From IMG/VR virus record IMGVR_UViG_2778261224_000007: DNA of 64,000 nucleotides. One strand, given 5' to 3'. This DNA is from a virus (taxonomy: Duplodnaviria; Heunggongvirae; Uroviricota; Caudoviricetes). A model generated the notes under the pieces. That model did no database searches and was not told the DNA's origin. It was given only the letters and a program-made list of their open reading frames with translations. Below are positions 42,224 to 54,658 of the stretch, piece after piece; within the stretch, counting starts at the first letter, position 1, and each line of letters starts with the position of its first letter. The translations under genes and the position numbers were made by a program.

Positions 42224-42732
42224 TGAATATATATATCGCATGCGCTTTAACTCATGTTCCAAGGGAAATTTTCCATGAGTACAGTAATTGGATTCACAGC
42301 CTTGCAAAAGGTCTATCTCAAAATAACAACGTAAAATATGCTTTGATAAATAGTGACCCAGAATTATCAAAGCGCCCTGAAAGTAACAAATCTAGACTTT
42401 GTTACATTTGGGACAGAGATATGGTTGAGAAATCTGATGTAATAATTGCAGAATGTAGTTTTCCATCAACAGGGCTAGGAATAGAGTTGCAGATTGCTGA
42501 ACAGAAGAACATTCCTGTAATCATCTGTTATAAAGATTATGGGATAAATAAAACTAAAACCATTGAATACGTGAATCCAGATGAGACTACCCATAATCTA
42601 CAAGTTGGCGAGGGTTTCATTTCTCATATGGTATTAGGACTACCAAACATCCTTGATGTCATATTATGTAAAGATATTGATAACACATGCAGGAAGCTAA
42701 AAATACTGTTAGATATGATTAACCATAATTAA
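42223..42732 (+). CDS. DNPH1/nucleoside 2-deoxyribosyltransferase-like protein (cassette gene B)
   Basis: 169 aa; N-terminal NIYIACAL and catalytic-motif-like DVIIAECSFPSTGLGIELQIAEQKNIPVI (compare DNPH1 DVVVAEVTQPSLGVGYELGRA); start overlaps gene A stop (TAATG). Confidence 0.8.
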   Translation: MNIYIACALTHVPREIFHEYSNWIHSLAKGLSQNNNVKYALINSDPELSKRPESNKSRLCYIWDRDMVEKSDVIIAECSFPSTGLGIELQIAEQKNIPVIICYKDYGINKTKTIEYVNPDETTHNLQVGEGFISHMVLGLPNILDVILCKDIDNTCRKLKILLDMINHN

Positions 42733-42762
42733 AAATTAACACCCACTTAAGATGTCTAAACC

Positions 42763-42782
42763 AGCCCGGTATTAACCGGGCT
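42763..42782. terminator. hairpin between convergent genes
   Basis: AGCCCGG-TATTAA-CCGGGCT. Confidence 0.4.
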
Positions 42783-42790
42783 AGACAAAC

Positions 42791-43039
42791 TTAATCAGCA
42801 TTCAGGAGCAATGCATTATCTATGATGATTTGCTCCCATTCTTCGAATGCCCGGTCGCGGACGCCCTGGGGAACGCTGTTAGTTTTGAAATCGACGACCG
42901 TACGCCATTTCCCGTCCGGACGGTACATGCGCAGAGCTTTACTTCCCCCCTCCCTGCGCACCTCAACGTTATGCTTATCAGCAAACTCTTGTAATGCTCG
43001 TAGCGTCCCATGCTTTACTGTGTAGTATCGCTTTTTCAA
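42791..43039 (-). CDS. lxc: C1 corepressor/modulator Lxc (Bof)
   Basis: 82-aa ORF downstream of ulx-darB, size and position as P1 lxc; TTG start overlapping ulx stop. Confidence 0.7.
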   Translation of the reverse strand: MKKRYYTVKHGTLRALQEFADKHNVEVRREGGSKALRMYRPDGKWRTVVDFKTNSVPQGVRDRAFEEWEQIIIDNALLLNAD

Positions 43040-43476
43040 GTTTTCTCTCCAGCCTGTGCTAAGGCTTCAACTTCCAAATCGTAAGACTCAAACTCATAGT
43101 CCTGGTCGTCAACCTCTTCAGGCACTGGCAGTAAATGCCAGGCTGAGTATATCTGACCATTATCAAAACGCTCCTGGCTGTAGAGCGTCGCGGCTATGAG
43201 CGTCAGCGCCGGGCGGTCATAACGGTAAATTTTGCGAACGTCACGGTCAACGAGACGACCGAAATTACCATAACCGCGCTCCAGTAATAATTTTTTAATT
43301 TCCGGCCAGTATGGACCATAGCTGCGGTACAGACGGGGATTTTTCAGTAATCGCCCGCGTAGCCCTGACAGGAAGAAATCAACGTATTCGTCTTCTGTCT
43401 TTCCTAACAACGCTGTACGGAGTACCGCCTCAAGATATGTTTTATTCGGTTTTATTGTATCAGATAGTGTGGCCAT
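43036..43476 (-). CDS. ulx: Ulx (hypothetical, upstream of lxc)
   Basis: 146-aa ORF between darB and lxc. Confidence 0.6.
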   Translation of the reverse strand: MATLSDTIKPNKTYLEAVLRTALLGKTEDEYVDFFLSGLRGRLLKNPRLYRSYGPYWPEIKKLLLERGYGNFGRLVDRDVRKIYRYDRPALTLIAATLYSQERFDNGQIYSAWHLLPVPEEVDDQDYEFESYDLEVEALAQAGEKT

Positions 43477-43509
43477 ATTATGCGACGCCCGGCGAACCGG
43501 GCGCTCCTG

Positions 43510-46500
43510 TTATGCGTATTGTTGGATGACGGCCAGAACGTCCGCCACGTTGTGTTTTGTCTCGATAATCCACCAGTTACCCGGGAAATCGCTGTTCTTC
43601 GCCTTCGCTGGCAGCCAGCGAGCGCCGAATTTCGCCTTGATTGCGTCTTTCGCACGGAAAAGAACGCCTTTCATGCCTGAGGCTTCCTGAAGCCCAAATA
43701 CCTCGCCAGCGGCGAATTTTGGTGCGTACATCATCTTCAGGTCGGCGGTGGATACGCGATAATTCAGACCAAGAGACTGAGCTATGCTGGTGGCATCACC
43801 CTGTATTGATGATAACTCTTCTTGTTTCTCGTTTCTGGCGGCAATTTCTTCCTCCGTGATGTTGCCAAGGGCCAGGTTTATCCGATCAGCGTCGGCCTGT
43901 TTCTCTTCATCGGTGCGCCCGGCAAGAACCGTGTTAATTCTCTGCAATATCTCCACATGATTCTTGCGCATGCTGAGCAATTCCGGCGTAACCTCGTTAA
44001 GATCCACCAGCCCAAGGATGGCAAGGTCGGAAAACATTGATACCAGGTTGTAGGTCATGCGATAGCTGAGTTGGCCATAGGCTGATGGCAACTGCACCGC
44101 ATCCATTTGATAGGCATCCATAAATTTAGAGCCGTCGTTTACGACATCCGCAATTGCAGGTGTGATTTTCCCTGTGGTGGCGGCCTCCCTGATTGCTGTT
44201 ACCCACGATTGAGTCAGTGCGGCGACTGCATGATTCAGATTGGCTTCCCGTTCTGCTGCGATGCGCGCGTTTGCTGCGTCCATTGCCTGCTTGATCTCGG
44301 CTTTATTGCTGTAAATGCCAATGGTGCCAAACTGTGCTGTGGTGATCTCATAATCTGACGCCCGGAACTCATGGGTACCGAAAATGGCATTGGTGACCTC
44401 AAGTTCAGAATCCCCGTTACGAGTAGCCCCCTGGCTTGTTTTCTCCGGCATTTTTGCGATCGCATCCGCTATTTTCTCCTGAATTGCTTCAGGGGATAGC
44501 GTATCTCCGTATGACGCGATTACATCGCCATAATTGGAGCCAAACAATTCAACCAGGAATGTTTCTGCCGAACGGATCTGGCGGTTATTCCCTTCCGACA
44601 TCATACCAAGCACCCATTTTGCAATTGACGACTTCAGCGCGCCGTCACGGCGATCCGGGTAAACCGCATGCTTCAGTGGGTCCGTATAGGTACCAATAAA
44701 ATCAATGCTATAGCCTGACTCTGTAGTCTGAACGCCGTATGAGTCAGTGATTTTGATCATGCCGCGCTGCTGGAAACGGTAGAAATCGTCACAGGAAATG
44801 ATGTCGTTAATCCCGGCGATGGAGACGCCACCACTGATTTTCTGCATAACAGCATCTTCATCGGGAGTTACATCCACCTGTTTATCCAGCGTCTTCACAT
44901 CCCAGTTACCCGATTTGGTGCCTCTTAAGGTAAAGATGATCTCCACGTCTGCGCGCTGGCTGTCGAAGTCCAGCGACTTAATGCGAACGATATCACCGGC
45001 ACAATCGTAGTATTGGCCTACACGCCATGAGCGATCGCCGATAACAAGGAACTCATTCGCATGGTTAACCAGATCAGGATCAACATCCAGAATGCCTTTA
45101 TTTATTGCATCCTCCACCAGCGGGCGCAGGCGTTTGATATCCGTCGCGGCCTTCTGAGTACGGTTCAATAATTTCTCATAGCGGGAGATGGCCTGAGAGA
45201 TATTAGCCTTGCGCTGAATGGCGCTTTTCAACGACGCGCGATACTGTGCTAACAACATACGGTCTGTGTGATGGACACTCCCCCAGCGGGCCTTCCAGTC
45301 TGCGTTATCCGCTGCCTTGGCCATTGCCGCCTGTTTGAATTTAGCTACCTCGGCGGTGGTCTTTTCAAGTTCCGCTTTGCTTCGCTCTAATTCAGCGGTA
45401 AGTACCTCCACATCCTCGCCAGCTGCGTGCTGCGCCTTGATGTAGTTCTGAAGGTCGATAGTAGCCTGTTCTTTCTGGCGAGCGCGTTTCGCAGCTTTCG
45501 CCTTATCCATTTGAACCTGCATCATTGCCAGACGTTCGCCGTCATCCTTCGCGGTATACATCTGCATTTCGATCATGTCATTGGCGTCGGCGTTCTCCAT
45601 TTCTGACTTATCTGAACGGAGGATATCGGAGATCCAGCCTGCTTTACGCTTCAGCGTCTTCAGTCGGTATTCATCGAAAGACCCCTTGCCGCAGTAGTAG
45701 TGAACGCGAACGCTTGCACGGTTGGAACCAACTCGGGCACCGCGACCGTTACGCTGTGCGATACTGGCTGGTGTCCACGGCAACGTCAGGTGGTGGATAT
45801 CCGTCGTTCCTCGATGCAGGTTGATACCCACCTCTGCCTTTTTGTTGCAGATGATGATCGGAGTCCGGCCCTCCTGGAAGTCGGCTGCAATCTTTTCCAG
45901 ACCGCCCAACGACATTTCATTTTGCTGCGCGATATAGGCGTCATACAGAGCCATTTGCTCGTTGTATTTCGCTATCTGTGCATCTGTTGGTTCATCCGGT
46001 AGCTCTTTCGGCGGTTTAACCGCTTTCAGTTTCTTACCGGTTTTACCTGCCTCGGCAACCGTCTGAGCATTCAGGATCCCCACCTTTGAAGGTTCAAGGT
46101 TTAGAGCATTGCAGATAATGCGCTTGAGCTTCTGGTGCTGCGTTTTTTCATCGGTGAAGATGATTTGCTTACCTTCCGGGAAAAACTCCTTCAGCGTGGC
46201 GATCAGCTTCGCGTATTTCGGCGTAACGGGGTGAGTTACGGTCTGTTCGTCAATGCCAAACCTGGCCAGGCGCTTATTCACTTCCTGCTCGAACGCTTCC
46301 GGAACCTGCAACTGAATAAACTCGCCCTTATCTATCAGGGAGTATTGCGATTGCTGCGTGATTGAATCATCACTGTCGTCGTCTTCGCTGGTGGCTTGTT
46401 TAGGCAAACTGTCCGCCAGCTGCTGCACCGCATCGGCGTACTCCGGCAGGAAACGATAGGTGATCCGGCGATAGTACAGGTCCATGTCAGTACATACGCG

Positions 46501-49500
46501 GTCCATATCCCTGATTATTGAGAAGATCGGACGGGCTTTCTCGTGCTCAATCACGCCATCTTCATTGACCGAGGTCGTTACGCCATTGTTGGCTTTGGCC
46601 GCCGCTTCCGCCTGCTGACGCAATTCTTCATACGCCGCCAGTTGTTCTTCAGTAAGTGGTGCATCCTGCTGGTGTTCGTCCAGCTCCGGGATCTCCACGG
46701 TATCCTTAACGTCTTCCGCCGTTTTAAGCGTTACCCAGCGATGGAATATACCGCGCAGCGCATCAAGGTTTTCAAAGCCCACCAGCGCCATTTTTTCTTC
46801 AACTTCACCGCTAATTTTCTGTACCGTTTCCAGCCTAGTCTTGCCGAAGAATTTAACGAAGTCATCAGGACCGTAGATCCCCATGTTCTGCCAGTATTCC
46901 TTCGGCAGAACATGAGAAAGCATGTTGTATGCATCGATCGGGGTGTTAACGACTGGCGTTGCAGTCAGGAGAACCGGCCCGCGCCCGCCATTCTTTTTCA
47001 TCAGGTACGCGTTTTTAATTGCCATATCTCGCGCCGATTGCGCCACCGCGCTGGTGGGCAGATAGGCCAGTTGTGACGCTTCGCGACCATTTTTATAGCT
47101 ATTGCGGTAGTTGTGACCTTCGTCAGCGATCACACTATCGAAGCCCATATCCTCAAAGTACGGATACTTCTCTGCTTTTTCGGTGCCGGTATCTGAATAC
47201 TCCGACAATACCCGGCGACGCGCGGCCTCTTTGCGGTGGGAGTCGGAGTCCATTGCGCTGGCTACGCGTCCGGCGGCAACGAAGTCATAAAGCATATCCT
47301 GTGCATGCTCATCTACGGTGTCATCACGTAGCGGAATGCGGGCGTATTGTTCTTTGGTAAACACGACTGCACGGTAATTTGAGTGCGGGATCGCGTTCAT
47401 CCGCGCCGTGATAGTGGCTTCATCTGCCAGCTTAAGAGCATCGCGCATAACTGGAGTGCCATCAGTACCAAGAACAGGTTTACCGTTCTCATCGAGCACC
47501 GGCACCTGGCGAATCTGATCGCCATCCATCAGCACATCAAGACCGACGAACAGGTAGTTACTGAATGCCTCTTCACTCAGGAATTCTTTTGCTTCGTAAT
47601 ACCAGTTTTCCAGCACTGATTTAGGCACTACATACGCAGTACGGGTGGAGCGACCGTTCTCATAGTTGAACGCCTCAAGCGCCAGCGCGGTCGTGGTTTT
47701 ACCCAGCCCGGTGCCGAAGCCCAGGATGCCGCGCCCATCTTCGGACAGTCGGCGCACCTCGCTATTCTGGTAATCAAATGGCTGTCGCTTACCGCTTAAT
47801 CCCTTCAACCCAAGCGGATCGCCAGAGTGTTCATACGGGATATTGCTATTGAACACATCGTTGTATTTGGCAACCAGCTCATCGTAGCGATCGTGCGTCT
47901 TGATCCACTTATTGAACTGGTCCTCAAGCAGTGCCATCTGCTCGCGGTAGCCGTTCGCCGTCGCGCTATCTTTGCCACCGATACGCGCACCATTGAGATA
48001 CTTTTCCAGCTGTGCCGGGAACCCGGTCGCGTTTTCACCTGATTTACGGTCCCACTCGTAGCGGATCTCGCCTGTTTCTTTATCCTTGCGCTGGACGACA
48101 CCGTATCGGTGCCCGACGAACAGACCATCACCACCGTGATAGGTGTCAGAAACCATTTCGTCGCCTTCCAGCTGCACTGACTGCACATAGCGCAGATCCG
48201 GATAGCCGTTTTCCTGCAAAAATTCCAGAATGACGGAACGGTCGAACCAACGGCTATTGAGCTTAAAGCGGATATTCTCTGCTGGCGTCTTGATGCGCTT
48301 CTCTTCGATCGCTGCCAGCTGATTAAGGACGTTGTTTTTTACTGGACCGTCGGGGAGTGTGGCAAGGAATTCCTGTTTTGGAGCCACTATCTCGTTAATG
48401 TCGCCGCTGGTGGCGCGGGCGAACGGAACAATCCCGCCATACGGTGAAACCGCAATACCAGGGGTGCTGGCCAATAAATTAAGCAACTCTTCATCACTGG
48501 CTGGCAGTTCGCCGGTAAACGCAAGGCGGAAATCATCGAGCTGGATTGGATCGCGGGTAAGATCGCTATAGAGATAACGCAGGGTGTCCTGATAGCTGGT
48601 GGAGTCATAACTGGCGCTGGAATCATGCGTAACCAGCTTTCCTGTCAGCTCGTCAGAAATAGTGCCATCCAGCTTAATTGCACCACGGAAAGCAAACCAG
48701 GCGCGCGCACCGCTCCCCGATAATTTCGCTATCGGACCGCGACCGGGGTTACCAAAACGGTCAATCTCTGCCTGCAAACGGGATACCAGAGAAAGGCGCT
48801 GCTGTTCGATTTGTTCAGCACTATGCCCGGCGGCCTTCATGTCCTGATATTCAATTAACATCCGGCCAATCATCGCTCCGCGATACAAGCGTTCACGGTA
48901 TTTTTCAGGCTGGCTGTTAATCCAGTCCACCAGCTGCACCATATCGTCGCTGATTGATGTGGTGTACTTATCGCGGACATTTGCCATCTGGGTAAATGTC
49001 ATACCGAGACGGCCTTCTGTTGTAGTCAGGTTACGCTGAAGAGCCTCCCAGCTATCCGCACCATAACTGGCAACCTCAATCTTCAGCTCCTTCCCGGCAT
49101 CAGCTTCAATCCAGCGACCACCAGCATATTTTTGCCATACGCCATTAATCAGGCGCATTTCCCCTTCATCAACAACATCTGCGGTCGGTGACGGTTCAGC
49201 CATATCGAGCAAAGACCAGTCGATACGACTTTCGAAACGATGAATCAGCTTCGCTTTAAGAGCCTGGTTATCAATCTGCCCGTCGGCACGAACCTCAATA
49301 CGCCCCTGGAATCCCTTCTCCTGAGTGCCATGAACAAACCGGCGGCCGTCCTTTTCAAACCACTTGCCAGAAATAAACGTTGGCCAAAGCACATTTGCCG
49401 ATTCAAGAGTGTCTTCATCCACCAGGGGGATTTTCTCAGCCATCTCCGCCGGATGTTTGCGCATCAGCACCACGTCAACGACCGTACTGGTCCCGTTTGC

Positions 49501-50277
49501 GTCAAAAGTACCGGTAGGCAAGCGGTGGGCACCAAGAAATTCAGCTTTCCGTGATAGGCGCAGGCGTAACCGCTTCATGTTTGAACCTGAAACAATGGAC
49601 GGCGGCACAATCACGCACATGAATCCGCCTGGCTTTATCTTGTCCAGCATGCGGAGCATGAAGTAAGAACCCATGTCCGTTTCTTCTGCGTAAGGCTTAT
49701 CGATGTTGCGTGTGTTATCACGACCACCGAACGGAACGTTACCCACAACATGGTCGAATGAATCGTTAGGCGTGCTTACAGCCAGTTGTTCGAACGGGGA
49801 AATCTGTACGCTGTCTTCCGGATGTAACAGCTGGTTTATACGACCGGAAACACTGCTGATCTCAGTCGCGGTCATCACCGTACCAACCGGTTTTGTCTCA
49901 TTAAAAACGCCGGTGCCCGCCGATGGTTCCAGAGTGTTACCTACGTCCGCGCCGTAGAGCTTCATGATCTCCCAGACACCTTCAGCGATCGGCTTTGGTG
50001 TGTAATATTCGGAGACGGACCCGCCAATGCCACCTTCACCGGTGTACCCAGCCAGGATCTGGCGCTGTTCATCTGTCAGTGTCGCGCCGTCCACCAGCGA
50101 ATTAAGCAAATCTATCGCCTTCTGATTCGCCTCACGGCGCAGTCGGTCATAGCTTTTGCCTTCCACCTTTTCCACGCCGTATTTAATCGGCGCTCGGTGA
50201 GATGTTATTGCCCTAATGTATTTCAATATTTCGCTGACACTTGAACAGCGAAACACCCCCATAGATAGCTTGTTCAT
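43510..50277 (-). CDS. darB: DarB antirestriction protein (giant methyltransferase/helicase-like virion protein)
   Basis: 2255-aa ORF; N-terminal adenine-MTase-like motif (GNVPFG), Walker A (GFGTGLGKTTTALA), DExH box (VIADEGHNYRN). Confidence 0.85.
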   Translation of the reverse strand: MNKLSMGVFRCSSVSEILKYIRAITSHRAPIKYGVEKVEGKSYDRLRREANQKAIDLLNSLVDGATLTDEQRQILAGYTGEGGIGGSVSEYYTPKPIAEGVWEIMKLYGADVGNTLEPSAGTGVFNETKPVGTVMTATEISSVSGRINQLLHPEDSVQISPFEQLAVSTPNDSFDHVVGNVPFGGRDNTRNIDKPYAEETDMGSYFMLRMLDKIKPGGFMCVIVPPSIVSGSNMKRLRLRLSRKAEFLGAHRLPTGTFDANGTSTVVDVVLMRKHPAEMAEKIPLVDEDTLESANVLWPTFISGKWFEKDGRRFVHGTQEKGFQGRIEVRADGQIDNQALKAKLIHRFESRIDWSLLDMAEPSPTADVVDEGEMRLINGVWQKYAGGRWIEADAGKELKIEVASYGADSWEALQRNLTTTEGRLGMTFTQMANVRDKYTTSISDDMVQLVDWINSQPEKYRERLYRGAMIGRMLIEYQDMKAAGHSAEQIEQQRLSLVSRLQAEIDRFGNPGRGPIAKLSGSGARAWFAFRGAIKLDGTISDELTGKLVTHDSSASYDSTSYQDTLRYLYSDLTRDPIQLDDFRLAFTGELPASDEELLNLLASTPGIAVSPYGGIVPFARATSGDINEIVAPKQEFLATLPDGPVKNNVLNQLAAIEEKRIKTPAENIRFKLNSRWFDRSVILEFLQENGYPDLRYVQSVQLEGDEMVSDTYHGGDGLFVGHRYGVVQRKDKETGEIRYEWDRKSGENATGFPAQLEKYLNGARIGGKDSATANGYREQMALLEDQFNKWIKTHDRYDELVAKYNDVFNSNIPYEHSGDPLGLKGLSGKRQPFDYQNSEVRRLSEDGRGILGFGTGLGKTTTALALEAFNYENGRSTRTAYVVPKSVLENWYYEAKEFLSEEAFSNYLFVGLDVLMDGDQIRQVPVLDENGKPVLGTDGTPVMRDALKLADEATITARMNAIPHSNYRAVVFTKEQYARIPLRDDTVDEHAQDMLYDFVAAGRVASAMDSDSHRKEAARRRVLSEYSDTGTEKAEKYPYFEDMGFDSVIADEGHNYRNSYKNGREASQLAYLPTSAVAQSARDMAIKNAYLMKKNGGRGPVLLTATPVVNTPIDAYNMLSHVLPKEYWQNMGIYGPDDFVKFFGKTRLETVQKISGEVEEKMALVGFENLDALRGIFHRWVTLKTAEDVKDTVEIPELDEHQQDAPLTEEQLAAYEELRQQAEAAAKANNGVTTSVNEDGVIEHEKARPIFSIIRDMDRVCTDMDLYYRRITYRFLPEYADAVQQLADSLPKQATSEDDDSDDSITQQSQYSLIDKGEFIQLQVPEAFEQEVNKRLARFGIDEQTVTHPVTPKYAKLIATLKEFFPEGKQIIFTDEKTQHQKLKRIICNALNLEPSKVGILNAQTVAEAGKTGKKLKAVKPPKELPDEPTDAQIAKYNEQMALYDAYIAQQNEMSLGGLEKIAADFQEGRTPIIICNKKAEVGINLHRGTTDIHHLTLPWTPASIAQRNGRGARVGSNRASVRVHYYCGKGSFDEYRLKTLKRKAGWISDILRSDKSEMENADANDMIEMQMYTAKDDGERLAMMQVQMDKAKAAKRARQKEQATIDLQNYIKAQHAAGEDVEVLTAELERSKAELEKTTAEVAKFKQAAMAKAADNADWKARWGSVHHTDRMLLAQYRASLKSAIQRKANISQAISRYEKLLNRTQKAATDIKRLRPLVEDAINKGILDVDPDLVNHANEFLVIGDRSWRVGQYYDCAGDIVRIKSLDFDSQRADVEIIFTLRGTKSGNWDVKTLDKQVDVTPDEDAVMQKISGGVSIAGINDIISCDDFYRFQQRGMIKITDSYGVQTTESGYSIDFIGTYTDPLKHAVYPDRRDGALKSSIAKWVLGMMSEGNNRQIRSAETFLVELFGSNYGDVIASYGDTLSPEAIQEKIADAIAKMPEKTSQGATRNGDSELEVTNAIFGTHEFRASDYEITTAQFGTIGIYSNKAEIKQAMDAANARIAAEREANLNHAVAALTQSWVTAIREAATTGKITPAIADVVNDGSKFMDAYQMDAVQLPSAYGQLSYRMTYNLVSMFSDLAILGLVDLNEVTPELLSMRKNHVEILQRINTVLAGRTDEEKQADADRINLALGNITEEEIAARNEKQEELSSIQGDATSIAQSLGLNYRVSTADLKMMYAPKFAAGEVFGLQEASGMKGVLFRAKDAIKAKFGARWLPAKAKNSDFPGNWWIIETKHNVADVLAVIQQYA

Positions 50278-50288
50278 TGGTAATCCTT

Positions 50289-50309
50289 AACAAGTGACTA
50301 GTGTTAAAT
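50289..50309 (+). promoter_or_regulatory. candidate late promoter between darB and prt
   Basis: AACAAGTGACTAGTGTTAAAT. Confidence 0.45.
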
Positions 50310-50344
50310 TTCCGTTCAAACACGATGCGAATTATTCTAATTAA

Positions 50345-53075
<2,731 letters not shown>

Positions 53076-53119
53076 CCATCAAAAATAACCCCGGCGGCTG
53101 CCGGGGTTCTCGTTAACTA

Positions 53120-53374
53120 TTATCGCCTTCGTCTGCGTGCCATATATTTTCGCACCGCGCGACGTGGGCAATCTGAAGCGGTTTCTTTCTGCTGCATCAA
53201 TCTTGCAGCCATGCTCAAAAATGTCAGGCACAGCCGAAGCCCGGCATATAATAGCGGTTCCAGTGGCCACGTCTCATTGAGCACATATACCGCCATGAAA
53301 ATCGAGTCGAAAACTATCGCCGCCAGCGATAACTTCATTGTCGAAAGTCGGCGGAGCTGCCGGAGTTTATTCAT
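53120..53374 (-). CDS. hypothetical small membrane protein downstream of lyz
   Basis: 84-aa ORF, hydrophobic core, poly-Arg C-terminus; ATG overlaps lyz stop. Confidence 0.4.
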   Translation of the reverse strand: MNKLRQLRRLSTMKLSLAAIVFDSIFMAVYVLNETWPLEPLLYAGLRLCLTFLSMAARLMQQKETASDCPRRAVRKYMARRRRR

Positions 53375-53924
53375 TGACCAGTCCCGTCAGGCAAAGCTGA
53401 CGTTCTTTTTCACGGCGAATCTTTAAGCCTCGCAGTGGCACGCCGTTACTGTTCACGAAATCAGGGAGATGGTTACACATATTCACCCATTCCCCTTTCT
53501 GCGCCCACTTGTGGATGGACGTTTCGACTCGCATGCCTCGCGCTTTGCTGTAGTAGGTCCGTAAGCTATTGCATCCCATATTGAATGCCGCGCTTGTCAT
53601 TGCACTAAAGGCATTATCGGGCATGTCTTTGCCCCGGAAGTGCTGATTAATACAGCGTTCAGCGATCAGGATATTCTTTTCCCAATCAGCGGCGATTTGC
53701 TGGTCGGTTTTTCGCACACCCGGCGTTACCCCGTGTGTATTACCGATCCCGTCAGTCCATACCCCCGCCGGGCACATGTATGGATCACGTCGGCAACCTT
53801 CAGCGTTTCCGATAAGCTCAAGCCCCGCCTGGTTGGTTCGCACATTGCCATTACCCATCACGATGGTAATCATCACCGCGATAGCGCAAATTGCACCGCC
53901 TCCTGCGGCTGTTTTTCCCTTCAT
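53367..53924 (-). CDS. lyz: SAR endolysin (T4-lysozyme family)
   Basis: Start at internal ATG 53924 (MKGKTAAGGGAICAIAVMITIVMG = SAR domain); ELIGNAEGCRRDPY...GVWTDGIGNTHG lysozyme motifs. Confidence 0.85.
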   Translation of the reverse strand: MKGKTAAGGGAICAIAVMITIVMGNGNVRTNQAGLELIGNAEGCRRDPYMCPAGVWTDGIGNTHGVTPGVRKTDQQIAADWEKNILIAERCINQHFRGKDMPDNAFSAMTSAAFNMGCNSLRTYYSKARGMRVETSIHKWAQKGEWVNMCNHLPDFVNSNGVPLRGLKIRREKERQLCLTGLVNE

Positions 53925-54055
53925 AAAGACCTCATAAGCGAATTTTTTACGCTCCAGGACAACACCCATTCACAGCCAATACCGACTGACTCGATCCCTT
54001 TAGAAGGCACAGGATAATGCAAATCACTTGTTAGCTACGTTTCAAAGATATACAT

Positions 54056-54072
54056 TATTGCTCTAATTAATT
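54056..54072 (+). promoter_or_regulatory. C1 repressor operator upstream of ssb
   Basis: ATTGCTCTAATTAATTT, 15/17. Confidence 0.65.
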
Positions 54073-54092
54073 TATTTTATTAGGTAAGATAA

Positions 54093-54581
54093 GTGGCACA
54101 ACGCGGTGTAAACAAAGTCATCCTGATTGGTACCCTGGGGCAAGACCCGGAGATCAGGTATATACCAAATGGCGGAGCGGTCGGAAGACTCAGCATCGCA
54201 ACGAATGAATCATGGCGCGACAAGCAAACGGGCCAACAGAAAGAGCAAACAGAATGGCATAAAGTCGTTTTGTTCGGAAAACTTGCTGAAATTGCGAGTG
54301 AGTATTTACGAAAAGGTTCTCAGGTCTACATCGAAGGGAAACTTAAAACCCGTAAGTGGACAGATGACGCCGGTGTAGAACGTTACACGACGGAAATTAT
54401 CGTCAGCCAGGGCGGCACCATGCAAATGATCGGCGCTCGCCGTGACGATTCACAGTCCTCAAATGGCTGGGGGCAATCAAACCAACCTCAAAACCACCAG
54501 CAATACAGTGGTGGCGGTAAACCTCAGAGCAACGCCAATAACGAACCTCCAATGGACTTTGACGACGATATTCCGTTCTGA
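54093..54581 (+). CDS. ssb: single-stranded DNA-binding protein
   Basis: OB-fold SSB motifs and acidic tail DFDDDIPF; GTG start. Confidence 0.9.
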   Translation: MAQRGVNKVILIGTLGQDPEIRYIPNGGAVGRLSIATNESWRDKQTGQQKEQTEWHKVVLFGKLAEIASEYLRKGSQVYIEGKLKTRKWTDDAGVERYTTEIIVSQGGTMQMIGARRDDSQSSNGWGQSNQPQNHQQYSGGGKPQSNANNEPPMDFDDDIPF

Positions 54582-54658
54582 ATGTGTAAAAAACGACTGA
54601 AAGAAAAGCGGTGGTCCAGACGCCAACAAAAGCACGAACTCGCTAAAAAACGCCAAAG

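Noticed and set aside
43641-50000. Numerous 60-180-aa ORFs on the plus strand inside darB (for example 45525..45824, 46543..47076, 47019..47360)
   Set aside because: All are antisense to a continuous 2255-codon reading frame with clear enzyme motifs; they are frame artefacts of a long GC-balanced gene
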